DNA of 64,000 nucleotides from an uncultured Planctomycetia bacterium (lineage in GTDB: Bacteria; Omnitrophota; Gorgyraeia; Tantalellales; Tantalellaceae): contig CAYPCX010000006.1 in NCBI GenBank assembly GCA_964409365.1, positions 21,012-85,011 of the forward strand, written 5' to 3'. Below, piece by piece: positions 29,193 through 37,737 of this stretch. Both the position numbers and the translations under genes were made by a program. Position 1 is the stretch's first letter. Each line of letters opens with the position of its first letter. The notes below the pieces were generated by a model. The model saw nothing but the letters and a program-made list of their open reading frames with translations. It did no database searches and had not been told where the DNA came from.

Positions 29193-29681
29193 TTACTTTT
29201 GAACGTCCGACTGCAGGGCTATCTTGCCGGTCCTCACTATCTCCAATATCCCGTAAGGACGCAAAAGCTCCACAAGCGCCTTTATCTTGTGTTCGTCACC
29301 GGATTCCTCCACGGTAAGGAATTTCTTGCCCACATCTATGACCTCGGCCCCGGTGGAATCCACGACCTGGACTATCTTCTCCCGGGTCTTCGTGTTCTCC
29401 GCTTTCACCTTGATAAGTATAAGTTCCCTGTCCACGTACTCGCCTCCCGTGAGGTCCTGTACCCGTATGACGTTTATCAGCTTGTTCAGCTGTTTCTTTA
29501 CCTGCTCCAGTATCTTTTCGTCCGCTTCGACGACTATGGTCATGCGTGAAACCGACGGGTCTTCCGTTTCACCGACCGCGAGCGAATCGATATTGAAACC
29601 TCTAGCGCTGAAAAGGCCCGCTATCCTCGCGAGCACGCCGAACTTATTCTCGACCAAAGCTGATATTACGAACTTGGACAT
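29193..29681 (-). CDS. ilvN: acetolactate synthase small (regulatory) subunit
   Basis: ACT domain N-terminus ([32 protein letters not shown]). Confidence 0.85.
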   Translation of the reverse strand: MSKFVISALVENKFGVLARIAGLFSARGFNIDSLAVGETEDPSVSRMTIVVEADEKILEQVKKQLNKLINVIRVQDLTGGEYVDRELILIKVKAENTKTREKIVQVVDSTGAEVIDVGKKFLTVEESGDEHKIKALVELLRPYGILEIVRTGKIALQSDVQK

Positions 29682-29705
29682 GGCTCACTCCTCTGTCTTC
29701 TGAAA

Positions 29706-31400
29706 TTACGCCAACCCGTGTATCATATTGTTGATGGTGCCGCCGGCCGGGACCATCGGAAAGACGTTCTCGTCTCTTTCCACGACAAAATCCATGACCA
29801 CGGGGCCTTTTTCCTTTATGGCGGCCTTGATAGCCTTTTTCACGTCAGCTTTCTTCGTGATCCTCATGCCTTTAGCTCCGTAACTTTCGGCAAGCTTCAT
29901 GAAATCAGGGCACGTCGTGCATCTTTCCTCGCCAAGGATCGTGAAAGCGTAACGTTTATCGAAGAACAGTTCCTGCCACTGCCGGACCATACCGAGACAC
30001 CCGTTATTCAGTATCGCTATCTTGACGGGTATCTTATTGATAACGGCCGTGGCCAGTTCCTGGATGTTCATCTGGATGCTCCCGTCCCCCGCTATATCGA
30101 ATACCACGCTGTCGGGCCTTCCGACCTGCGCGCCGATAGCGGCGGGAAAACCGTATCCCATCGTGCCCAGGCCGCCGCTCGAAAGCCAGGTCCTGGGCTT
30201 CGTGTAAGTGAAATACTGAGCCGCCCACATCTGGTTCTGGCCGACCTCGGTGCTGATGATAACGTTCTTATCCCTGGTCAGCCTGCATATCTCCTCTATA
30301 ACGTATTGCGGGCGGAGCTTGCCGTCGTCTTTATACTTGAGCGGCAGATCTTTTTTCCACTTCTTTATTTTCCCGTGCCAATCCTTGTAGCTGCCTTGTT
30401 TGACGTGTTTCAGCAGCTCTTTGAGGATATCCTTAGCGTCGCCGATCACGGGGATATCGACCTGCACGTTCTTGCTGACGCTGGCCGGGTCTATATCAAT
30501 ATGCACGATCATCGCGTGAGGCGCGAAGGTGTCTATCCTCCCGGTGACGCGGTCGTCGAACCTGGCTCCGATGGCGATTATCAGATCCGCGTCCTGTACC
30601 GCGTGGTTCGCGTAGGCCGTACCATGCATCCCCAGCATGCCCAGGCTCAGGGGATCGTCCTCCGGAAAACTGCCCAAACCCATCAACGTAGTGGTGACAG
30701 GTATATTGGCCTTTTTCGCCAGCTTAGTAAGCTCTCCGCTCGCCTCGGAAAGTATGACCCCTCCGCCCACGTAAAGTATGGGCTTTTTGCTTTTCGCGAT
30801 AGCTCTGGCTATCTTCTTTATCTGGCCTATATGCCCTTTATACGTGGGTTTGTATCCCTTTATGTCCACCGACTTGGGATATCTGAACTCGGCCTCATGC
30901 AGCTGGACATCCGACGGCAGGTCTATGAGCACGGGGCCGGGCCTGCCGGTCCTCGCGATGTGGAACGCCTCCTTGACCACCTTAGCCAGCTCTTTAACGT
31001 CTTTCACAAGATAGTTGTGCTTTGTTATAGGACGGGTGATACCCACTATGTCCGCCTCCTGAAACGCATCGTTACCTATCAAGGTGGACTTGACCTGGCC
31101 GGTGATCGCGACAATGGGTATGGAATCCATGTGCGCCGTCGCTATACCCGTAACAAGATTGGTAGCCCCGGGCCCCGATGTAGCCAGACACACCCCTACC
31201 TTACCGGTAGCACGGGCGTACCCATCGGCCGCGTGGACCGCTCCCTGCTCGTGACGCGTCAGGATAAAATTGATATTCTTCTCCTTGAAGAGCTTATCCC
31301 CCAGCGTAAGAACGGAGCCTCCCGGGTAACCAAAAATAACTGAAACCCCTTCCTCGCAAAGGCTTTTAACCATTATCTCAGCACCAGTAAGTTTAGCCAT
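29706..31400 (-). CDS. ilvB: acetolactate synthase large subunit (ThDP-dependent)
   Basis: ThDP enzyme family. Start placed at MAKLTGAEI (31400), which has an AGAGAGGGA SD. Confidence 0.85.
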   Translation of the reverse strand: MAKLTGAEIMVKSLCEEGVSVIFGYPGGSVLTLGDKLFKEKNINFILTRHEQGAVHAADGYARATGKVGVCLATSGPGATNLVTGIATAHMDSIPIVAITGQVKSTLIGNDAFQEADIVGITRPITKHNYLVKDVKELAKVVKEAFHIARTGRPGPVLIDLPSDVQLHEAEFRYPKSVDIKGYKPTYKGHIGQIKKIARAIAKSKKPILYVGGGVILSEASGELTKLAKKANIPVTTTLMGLGSFPEDDPLSLGMLGMHGTAYANHAVQDADLIIAIGARFDDRVTGRIDTFAPHAMIVHIDIDPASVSKNVQVDIPVIGDAKDILKELLKHVKQGSYKDWHGKIKKWKKDLPLKYKDDGKLRPQYVIEEICRLTRDKNVIISTEVGQNQMWAAQYFTYTKPRTWLSSGGLGTMGYGFPAAIGAQVGRPDSVVFDIAGDGSIQMNIQELATAVINKIPVKIAILNNGCLGMVRQWQELFFDKRYAFTILGEERCTTCPDFMKLAESYGAKGMRITKKADVKKAIKAAIKEKGPVVMDFVVERDENVFPMVPAGGTINNMIHGLA

Positions 31401-31475
31401 GATCCCTCTCTTTGCCATCATATAATAGTCATTTCCTATATATTATAATCAACATGTCCGTATATGTTCAATAAG

Positions 31476-31503
31476 TATATAACACTTGTAAAGGTTTTGT
31501 CAA
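31476..31503 (-). promoter_or_regulatory. sigma70-type promoter candidate for ilvBNC-leuA: TTGACA-N16-TATATA
   Basis: Minus-strand TTGACAaaacctttacaagtgtTATATA, about 75 nt upstream of the ilvB ATG, just downstream of the four-helix-bundle gene stop. Confidence 0.4.
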
Positions 31504-31513
31504 GAAACAGGTT

Positions 31514-31915
31514 TCAAGTCACAGGTTGCAGGTTCCAGGTCGCGGATTCCAGGCTTTTTAGAACCGCTTGCCGGAAACAATGCAGTTTCTTGCCCAAGTT
31601 TTCATATCTATTAAACAACGACTCGAATAATTCCCTTTGTTTTAGCGAACTGGTATCAAATAATAACTGAAGATGTTCTTTTGTTTCATCAACAGAAGCA
31701 AGCGCATATGTAAGGTATTTTACATATTCAAGTTTATATTTTTTCCGGCCAAAACCTTCCACGATCAAAGCAGGAATAGATTTCGAAGATCTTCTAACCT
31801 GACTTCCCCCTTCATACACTTCAAATCTAGGCAATCTTTTCAACGTCATTTCGTGTATTTCAACTGCCAGCTTATGGGAAAGGTCATATATTTCCAAATT
31901 TTGATAACTTTGCAT
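31514..31915 (-). CDS. four-helix-bundle protein (23S rRNA intervening-sequence protein family)
   Basis: 133 aa with the characteristic LEIYDLSHKLAVEIHEMT ... YALASVDETKEHL pattern. AGGAG SD 14 nt upstream of the ATG. Flanked on both sides by heptamer arrays. Confidence 0.7.
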   Translation of the reverse strand: MQSYQNLEIYDLSHKLAVEIHEMTLKRLPRFEVYEGGSQVRRSSKSIPALIVEGFGRKKYKLEYVKYLTYALASVDETKEHLQLLFDTSSLKQRELFESLFNRYENLGKKLHCFRQAVLKSLESATWNLQPVT

Positions 31916-31924
31916 AATATATCA

Positions 31925-32117
31925 AAACTCCTCGCCTGACTTGCGACTTGTGACTTGCGACCTGCGACTTGCGACCTGCGACTTGTGATACACACACATA
32001 TATAGACACCTTTTTTCATTTTTTCTTGAAAATAACTTAAAACTTGGGGCTTGCAACTTGGCGCCTGAGACTTGCGACCTGCGACTTGAGACCTGAGACC
32101 TGCGACCTGCGACTTGA
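31925..32117. repeat. heptamer tandem array (gacttgc/gacctgc units) with an AT-rich centre, between alr and the four-helix-bundle gene
   Basis: gacttgc gacttgt gacttgc gacctgc ... cttgcga cctgcga cttgaga cctgaga. The track ORF 31846..32121 is a translation of these repeats. Confidence 0.8.
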
Positions 32118-33239
32118 TCAATTTCTATAAACGCGGGGGACCCTGTCGGTCACGGAAGAAAGTATTTCGTAAGGGATAGTGCCGGCAAGCTTGGCTATTT
32201 TCTCTATAAGGATCTCCGCCTCGCCCTGCCTGCCCACCAGTACGACCTCATCCCCCACCCTGACGCCCTTGATATTGCCGACGTCGAGAAGCGTCTGGTC
32301 CATGGTCACCATGCCCACGACCCTCACGTACTGGCCTCTTACAAGCGCTTCGGCCTTGTTCGAAAGGATCCTTCCGTACCCGTCCGCGTACCCTATCGGT
32401 ATCGTGGCAATCCTGGTATGCCTCTGGGTAATATATGTACGGCCGTAGCTTATGGACCTGCCGGGCGGAGCCTCCTTGAGATGGACTATTTTGGTCTTCA
32501 GGTTCATCACGGGACGCAGTTTGAAATATCTGCGGAAACTTTCCTTGGGATACACGCCGTAGATAAGTATGCCGGGCCTTACCAGGTTAAGATGAGCTTT
32601 TTCCCAGTCAACGGTGGCTATACTGTTCGCCGCGTGCCTGTATTTTACTTTTATACCGGCTTTTTCCGTTCCGTCAAGGACCTTCTCGAAATCCCTGATC
32701 TGCATACGCGTTACCAGTTCATCTCGGCCGGCTGAGGAAAAATGCGTGTAAATGCCTTCCAGTTCTATCCCCTTGCGCGAGGCCGCTTCCTTAATGAAAG
32801 GAACGGCTTCCTCGTGCCACACTCCTATACGCCCCATGCCCGTATCGATCTTGACGTGGACCCTGGGCCTTATCTTCGACCTTTTAGCTAACTTTGAAAG
32901 TATCTCCAGAAGGTCGTCATTACACAAAGTAAGAGTTATATCCGCCCGGGAAGCCGCCTTCGCTTCTTCCTCGAGCACGGAACCAAGCACCAGTATGGGC
33001 GTTTTTATACCGGATGAGCGCAGTTTCAAGGCCTCGTCCACAGTGGCAACGCCCAGATAATCCACGCCGCCCTTGACAAGGACCTGGCTGATCCGGGAAA
33101 GCCCGTGCCCGTAAGCGTTAGCCTTTACAACGGCCATGATGTCCACACCGTCGGTGATCAGTTCCCTTATACAGGCCAGGTTCTGCCTTACGGCGCCGAG
33201 GTTTATCTCGGACCATGTGGGACGGTAGTGTTTATCCAT
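32118..33239 (-). CDS. alr: alanine racemase
   Basis: 373 aa. PLP-site AVVKANAYGHG motif. Confidence 0.9.
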   Translation of the reverse strand: MDKHYRPTWSEINLGAVRQNLACIRELITDGVDIMAVVKANAYGHGLSRISQVLVKGGVDYLGVATVDEALKLRSSGIKTPILVLGSVLEEEAKAASRADITLTLCNDDLLEILSKLAKRSKIRPRVHVKIDTGMGRIGVWHEEAVPFIKEAASRKGIELEGIYTHFSSAGRDELVTRMQIRDFEKVLDGTEKAGIKVKYRHAANSIATVDWEKAHLNLVRPGILIYGVYPKESFRRYFKLRPVMNLKTKIVHLKEAPPGRSISYGRTYITQRHTRIATIPIGYADGYGRILSNKAEALVRGQYVRVVGMVTMDQTLLDVGNIKGVRVGDEVVLVGRQGEAEILIEKIAKLAGTIPYEILSSVTDRVPRVYRN

Positions 33240-33292
33240 GTATATCTCTGTATTAGTTTCCGGTAACCAGATATCTGGTTACTGGTTACTGG

Positions 33293-33967
33293 TTACTTAT
33301 TAATATTACATTCCTTGGAATGCAAATACAAGGGTTCCAGGAACTCGGGGTCATCTGTCCCCGAACCTGATCTTTCCAGGCCCAGACGGCCTATGTCGGC
33401 CGCTCTGGGATGCCAGTCGATATCTTCGGAAAATCCTGCCAGATCACAATTTCCCAGCTTTTCCCTGTATTTCGGGACCCCGTTACCGAAAAACAGTACC
33501 CGCTCTTCCAGCCCGGCCAGGAGCTCTTCGATCGTCACGAGAAGATAGTCCGTCTTTCTGCTCGCAAATCCATCCGAACGTTCATAAATACAAGAATAGA
33601 CCTTCCCTTTATGCGCGTCCAAAAGCGGAGCTACCAGTTTCTTTTCCTCCCCATGAACGTTCATGACCATGGCATCCATACTGGGAACACCCAGTACCTT
33701 GACCGGAAGGACCGAGGCCAATCCCTTTACCGTAGCGGCCGCGATACGCAGCCCCGTAAAGGAACCCGGCCCCAGCCCCACGCAAACCAGTTCGATGACC
33801 TCTTTTCGCCACCCGGCTTCTTCCAGCAGGTTCTTTATGACCGGCACCAGTATCTCGCTGTGACGGATCCCCACATCCTCGTGGAACGACGCCCTTATTT
33901 CCCCTCCGTCGAGGCACGCCACGCTCAAATATCTGGTGGAAGTGTCAAACGCAAGTGCTCTCTTCAT
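33293..33967 (-). CDS. tsaB: tRNA threonylcarbamoyladenosine biosynthesis protein TsaB (YeaZ)
   Basis: Kae1/YeaZ fold N-terminus (LAFDTST...). 224 aa. Confidence 0.8.
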   Translation of the reverse strand: MKRALAFDTSTRYLSVACLDGGEIRASFHEDVGIRHSEILVPVIKNLLEEAGWRKEVIELVCVGLGPGSFTGLRIAAATVKGLASVLPVKVLGVPSMDAMVMNVHGEEKKLVAPLLDAHKGKVYSCIYERSDGFASRKTDYLLVTIEELLAGLEERVLFFGNGVPKYREKLGNCDLAGFSEDIDWHPRAADIGRLGLERSGSGTDDPEFLEPLYLHSKECNINK

Positions 33968-34434
33968 AATAACTTATCGATAAGATCCGCGAACCTTCCG
34001 TTATTCGAACGGAACTCGAACTTTCTTTCGGTACTATAGCCGTGAAAGATATCTATCTCGAGATAGTCCTCGGGCAGGACGTCCCGTATCTTTTCGGCCC
34101 ATTCGACCACGGTGATGCCATCACCGTAGAAATACTTTTCATAATCAAGGGTGTCGCAGAAACTTTTCTCTTCCAGGCGATAAACGTCAAAATGATACAG
34201 TTTCTTCACGCCCGGATATTCCTTGAGAACGACAAAAGACGGGCTGTTCACGTGGAGGTAATCTTCGACCCCCAGACCTTTCGCCAGTCCTTTAACGAAA
34301 ACCGTCTTTCCCGTACCCAGGTCTCCGACCAGGGCCACAAGATCCCCTTCGCGAAGTTCTTTTGCCACGTTAGCCCCTAATTCGATCGTCTCTTCCGGCG
34401 AAAATGTCCTCATCTCCTTCATCACGCCTGACAC
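33964..34434 (-). CDS. tsaE: tRNA t6A biosynthesis ATPase TsaE (YjeE)
   Basis: GDLGTGKT P-loop. 156 aa. Confidence 0.8.
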   Translation of the reverse strand: MSGVMKEMRTFSPEETIELGANVAKELREGDLVALVGDLGTGKTVFVKGLAKGLGVEDYLHVNSPSFVVLKEYPGVKKLYHFDVYRLEEKSFCDTLDYEKYFYGDGITVVEWAEKIRDVLPEDYLEIDIFHGYSTERKFEFRSNNGRFADLIDKLL

Positions 34435-34455
34435 CTGAGACCTGAAACCTGAAAC

Positions 34456-35352
34456 CTAAACATGCCTGTATCCCTCCATCTTCAACTTGCTGAGGCGCGC
34501 TTCCTTTTCTATCAGTACGCGCTCGTTCTTCCTGCCTGTTATTTCGCCTATGACAAAATACTCAAGGGCTTTCGCGCGGGGCTTCATGTCCCGGAAAAGC
34601 CTTCTCGCCTCTTTAACTCCCATGGTAAAAAGAAGCTCGAAACTCTCCCCGTAATAAAGCGCCTCCCTGAGAGAAAGCCCCTTTGAAAGAGGGATGGCGT
34701 CAGCGTATAAAACGCATCCCGCGCGGCTGAGAGAGCATATCCTGCCGATATCGGGCGCTATGCCGTCGGAAGTGTCTATCATGGCGTTTATCCGGTAATT
34801 TTCCGAGAGAAAACGCGCCTCGACAAGACGCGGGATAAAATCGAGATGTTCTTTTTTGCCGTTCCTTACGGGCCCCGTCACGAGGATAAGGTCGCCTTTC
34901 TCCGCGCCGGAGCGCGTTAAAAGACGTTCCTTTTCCACGATCCCCAGGATGGAAACGTCTATCACCAGTTTCCCCGAACGGACGGTATCCCCGCCTATGA
35001 CCTTGACGCCGTACTCCCTGCATATGCCGAAGATCCCGTCGTATATCTTATCGACTGCCGTCCGCGCCATGCCGCGCGGCACCCCGATACTGACGGTAAC
35101 GTACTTCGGGAGACCTCCCATCGCCGCTATGTCGCTTATGTTCACCGCGACGGCTTTCCTGCCTATTTTCGCATACTCCGTATCCCCGGTCCGGAAATGA
35201 GTGCCGGAGACGAGCATGTCGGCCGCCCATAAAAGATACTCTCTCTTCGTGTGCTCAAGGACAGCGCAATCGTCGCCTATGCCCAGTTTTACGCCTTTGC
35301 CGGGCCTTCCCGCGCGCTTGCGTATCTTTTCAATTAATTCCAACTCTCTCAT
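34456..35352 (-). CDS. thiL: thiamine-monophosphate kinase
   Basis: AIR-synthase-related fold. Start taken at MRELELIEK (35352). The track's extension reads into the repeat. Confidence 0.8.
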   Translation of the reverse strand: MRELELIEKIRKRAGRPGKGVKLGIGDDCAVLEHTKREYLLWAADMLVSGTHFRTGDTEYAKIGRKAVAVNISDIAAMGGLPKYVTVSIGVPRGMARTAVDKIYDGIFGICREYGVKVIGGDTVRSGKLVIDVSILGIVEKERLLTRSGAEKGDLILVTGPVRNGKKEHLDFIPRLVEARFLSENYRINAMIDTSDGIAPDIGRICSLSRAGCVLYADAIPLSKGLSLREALYYGESFELLFTMGVKEARRLFRDMKPRAKALEYFVIGEITGRKNERVLIEKEARLSKLKMEGYRHV

Positions 35353-35356
35353 AATA

Positions 35357-35520
35357 GTATATTCTGGGGACACGTCTGGTCGTCTACATGTCGTTCACAC
35401 AGACGTGTCCCCAGAACCTCAGTTTTGTCAATCTACATGTCGTTCACACAGACGTGTCCCCAGAACCTCAGTTTTGTCAATCTACATGTCGTTCACACAG
35501 ACGTGTCCCCAGAACCTCAG
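35357..35520. repeat. family-A hairpin element, three tandem modules (49-bp period)
   Basis: One left arm (CTGGGGACACGTCTG) followed by three copies of ctacatgtcgttcaca-CAGACGTGTCCCCAG-aacctcag(tt), separated by ttgtcaat. The mtnA stop codon TGA lies in the last aaccTCAg flank. Confidence 0.9.
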
Positions 35521-36551
35521 TCCCCTATCATTCGTACTACTTTGCTCCTATTGGGCTTCCTTATAACCCCTTTTTCCGTGATGATCGCGGTGATAAGCCT
35601 GGCCGGCGTGACGTCAAAAGCGGGGTTCACGACATCGACCTTTTTCGGCGTAATGAACTTCCCGTTCACTTTTTTCACCTCAAGCGCGGGCCGTTCTTCA
35701 ATAGGGATGGACTTCCCGTTTTTCAGCGAAAGATCAAAAGTGGAAGCGGGCGCGGCCACATAGAACGGCACACGGTGAAACGCGGCAATCACTGACAAAC
35801 TGTACGTCCCTATCTTGTTAGCCGTATCTCCGTTAGCCGCTATACGGTCCGCCCCGACCACTATAGCGTCTATTTTCCCTTCCGCCATCAGCGAAGCGGC
35901 CATGTTGTCGCATAAAAGGACCGTGGGGACGCCTTCCCGCATGAGCTCCCAGGCCGTAAGGCGGGCACCCTGCAGGACGGGACGCGTCTCGTCCGCGTAC
36001 ACCTTTTTTATCTTTTTCCTGGCCGAAAATATCACTCCAAGCGCCGTGCCATACCCGCCGGTCGCCAGGCCGCCGGCGTTGCAGTGGGTAAGGACCCGCG
36101 CCGCCCTCGGCAGGAGCTTTTTCCCGTTCTTACCTATCGCGCGGCAGATCTTCACGTCTTCCCTTAGAACAGCGTGAGCCTCGTCAAGTATCAGGCGCTT
36201 CAGTTCCCTGACGGGCCTGGCCCTGTTCGTGTCGACCACGAAAGCCATCCGCTCCAGCGCCCAGAAAAGGTTCCTGGCGGTAGGACGCGAACTGGAAAGG
36301 TACTTGATCGTCGCGGCAAGCTCTTTCCTGAACGGCCGGATATCCTTTGCCCGGCTTTTCCTTATTCCCAGGTACACGCCGTACGCCCCGGCTATACCTA
36401 TCGCCGGAGCGCCTCTTATCTTCATGTGCCTGATAGCCGCCCACATATCCCCGCGGGTCCGGCAAGTCACGTATTTAAGTTTACCCGGCAGGAGCCTCTG
36501 GTCGATAAGTTCCACCCTGCCGTTCTTCCACCTTATAGGTTCCACGTTCAT
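35517..36551 (-). CDS. mtnA: methylthioribose-1-phosphate isomerase / eIF-2B-related family
   Basis: MNVEPIRWKNGRVELIDQRLLPGKLKYV N-terminus typical of MtnA. Confidence 0.75.
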   Translation of the reverse strand: MNVEPIRWKNGRVELIDQRLLPGKLKYVTCRTRGDMWAAIRHMKIRGAPAIGIAGAYGVYLGIRKSRAKDIRPFRKELAATIKYLSSSRPTARNLFWALERMAFVVDTNRARPVRELKRLILDEAHAVLREDVKICRAIGKNGKKLLPRAARVLTHCNAGGLATGGYGTALGVIFSARKKIKKVYADETRPVLQGARLTAWELMREGVPTVLLCDNMAASLMAEGKIDAIVVGADRIAANGDTANKIGTYSLSVIAAFHRVPFYVAAPASTFDLSLKNGKSIPIEERPALEVKKVNGKFITPKKVDVVNPAFDVTPARLITAIITEKGVIRKPNRSKVVRMIGD

Positions 36552-36555
36552 ATCC

Positions 36556-37638
36556 TTACACTCCTATGTTCCTTATAAGAAATACAAGTATGACCATGCC
36601 CACATTATGGATAATATGCACGGTCATAGAGGGTACGAGCGATCCCGTCTTTTCGTAAAGGTACGCCAGAAGCATACCCAGGACCATTATCGGCAGGAAC
36701 CCGACTATATGCGTATGCAGGAACGAGAAGATGGCCGAAGTTATCACCATCGCCCAGAAGATACCTATACTCTTCTTGATGGCCTTGTACATGAAACCCC
36801 TGAAGAATATCTCTTCCGCTATGGGGCCGAAGACGGCCGCGAAAAGCGTGGAAAGCCATAGTATCGCCGTCTCCTTCTCCTCCATGAAGACCTGCACTAT
36901 CGGCTGGACGGGCGGTTTGTACGCCAGCCATTTCGTGACCAGGAAAGTCCCCACCATTATTAAAATAAGCACCGGCACCAGCGCCAGGTAGCCTATTACC
37001 GCGTAAAAGATCCCGCCGAGAACGCGCTTTCCGGTTATGCCTATCGCCTCTATATCCTGGCCGTGCTTACGGGTTATAAAATAAACGATGACGCTTATCC
37101 CCACCACGTTCATCATGGCGGTGTTGAAGATCATTCGGAAATTCTCGTTGCGCAGGATGGGAAAAAGGCCCGCGAAGAAGCTCTGTACGATAACGAATAC
37201 GTACCCGAAAGCAAGAAAGAGCAGCGTAACGCGCACGACGTCCCCGATCCCCCACTTCGGATCTTCCTGCTGCCGGATACGTATATCTACAGGCCTCTTT
37301 TTTACGAAACGTACGAGAAAATATACATCAAGACCGATCCCCACCAGCAACATAAAAATGATCGTAAGGTTCAAAAGGGCGAGGAACATATACAGGACAG
37401 GGTTCTCCTTGGCCAGCTTTTCGAGCTTCTCCTGGCGGGCTTCAGCGTCTTCCTCGCCGAACATCGCGGGCTTCTCCTGCGCGGGCTCTTCTTCGACCCG
37501 GACGGCGGCTTCCTTTTTTTCCCCGGCCTCCTGCACCTTCCGGTCAACGAAAACGAGCAGGTTTATCACCAGAATGAATACAACCAGCCAGAAATACAAC
37601 TTGTTATTTACTATCAGTTCCCGTATCTTACCTAACAT
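36556..37638 (-). CDS. CPBP-family intramembrane metalloprotease (CAAX protease-like) with long N-terminal membrane region
   Basis: EEIFFRG, FSFLH and HIIHNV motifs in the C-terminal TM domain. Confidence 0.7.
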   Translation of the reverse strand: MLGKIRELIVNNKLYFWLVVFILVINLLVFVDRKVQEAGEKKEAAVRVEEEPAQEKPAMFGEEDAEARQEKLEKLAKENPVLYMFLALLNLTIIFMLLVGIGLDVYFLVRFVKKRPVDIRIRQQEDPKWGIGDVVRVTLLFLAFGYVFVIVQSFFAGLFPILRNENFRMIFNTAMMNVVGISVIVYFITRKHGQDIEAIGITGKRVLGGIFYAVIGYLALVPVLILIMVGTFLVTKWLAYKPPVQPIVQVFMEEKETAILWLSTLFAAVFGPIAEEIFFRGFMYKAIKKSIGIFWAMVITSAIFSFLHTHIVGFLPIMVLGMLLAYLYEKTGSLVPSMTVHIIHNVGMVILVFLIRNIGV

Positions 37639-37737
37639 ATCTTCATAACCTCGTCGTCATCCTTGCACCCTGACACCGTCTTCTGTCTTCTGTCTTCTGT
37701 CCTCTGTCTTCTGTCTTCTGTCCTCTGAAACAAGCCG
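37639..37737. repeat. heptamer array (tctgtct/tctgtcc, about 8 near-perfect units)
   Basis: tctgtct tctgtct tctgtcc tctgtct tctgtct tctgtcc tctgaaa. Confidence 0.85.

Noticed and set aside
31846-32121. Track ORF 31846..32121 (-), 91 aa with SQVAGRKSQVAS repeats
   Set aside because: It is a translation of the cttgcga/cctgcga heptamer array, so the low-complexity peptide is an artefact.
35357-35520. Tandem 49-bp repeats considered as a CRISPR array
   Set aside because: The 'spacers' are only 8 bp and identical (ttgtcaat). Repeats are hairpin halves sharing one left arm. There are no cas genes and no leader.
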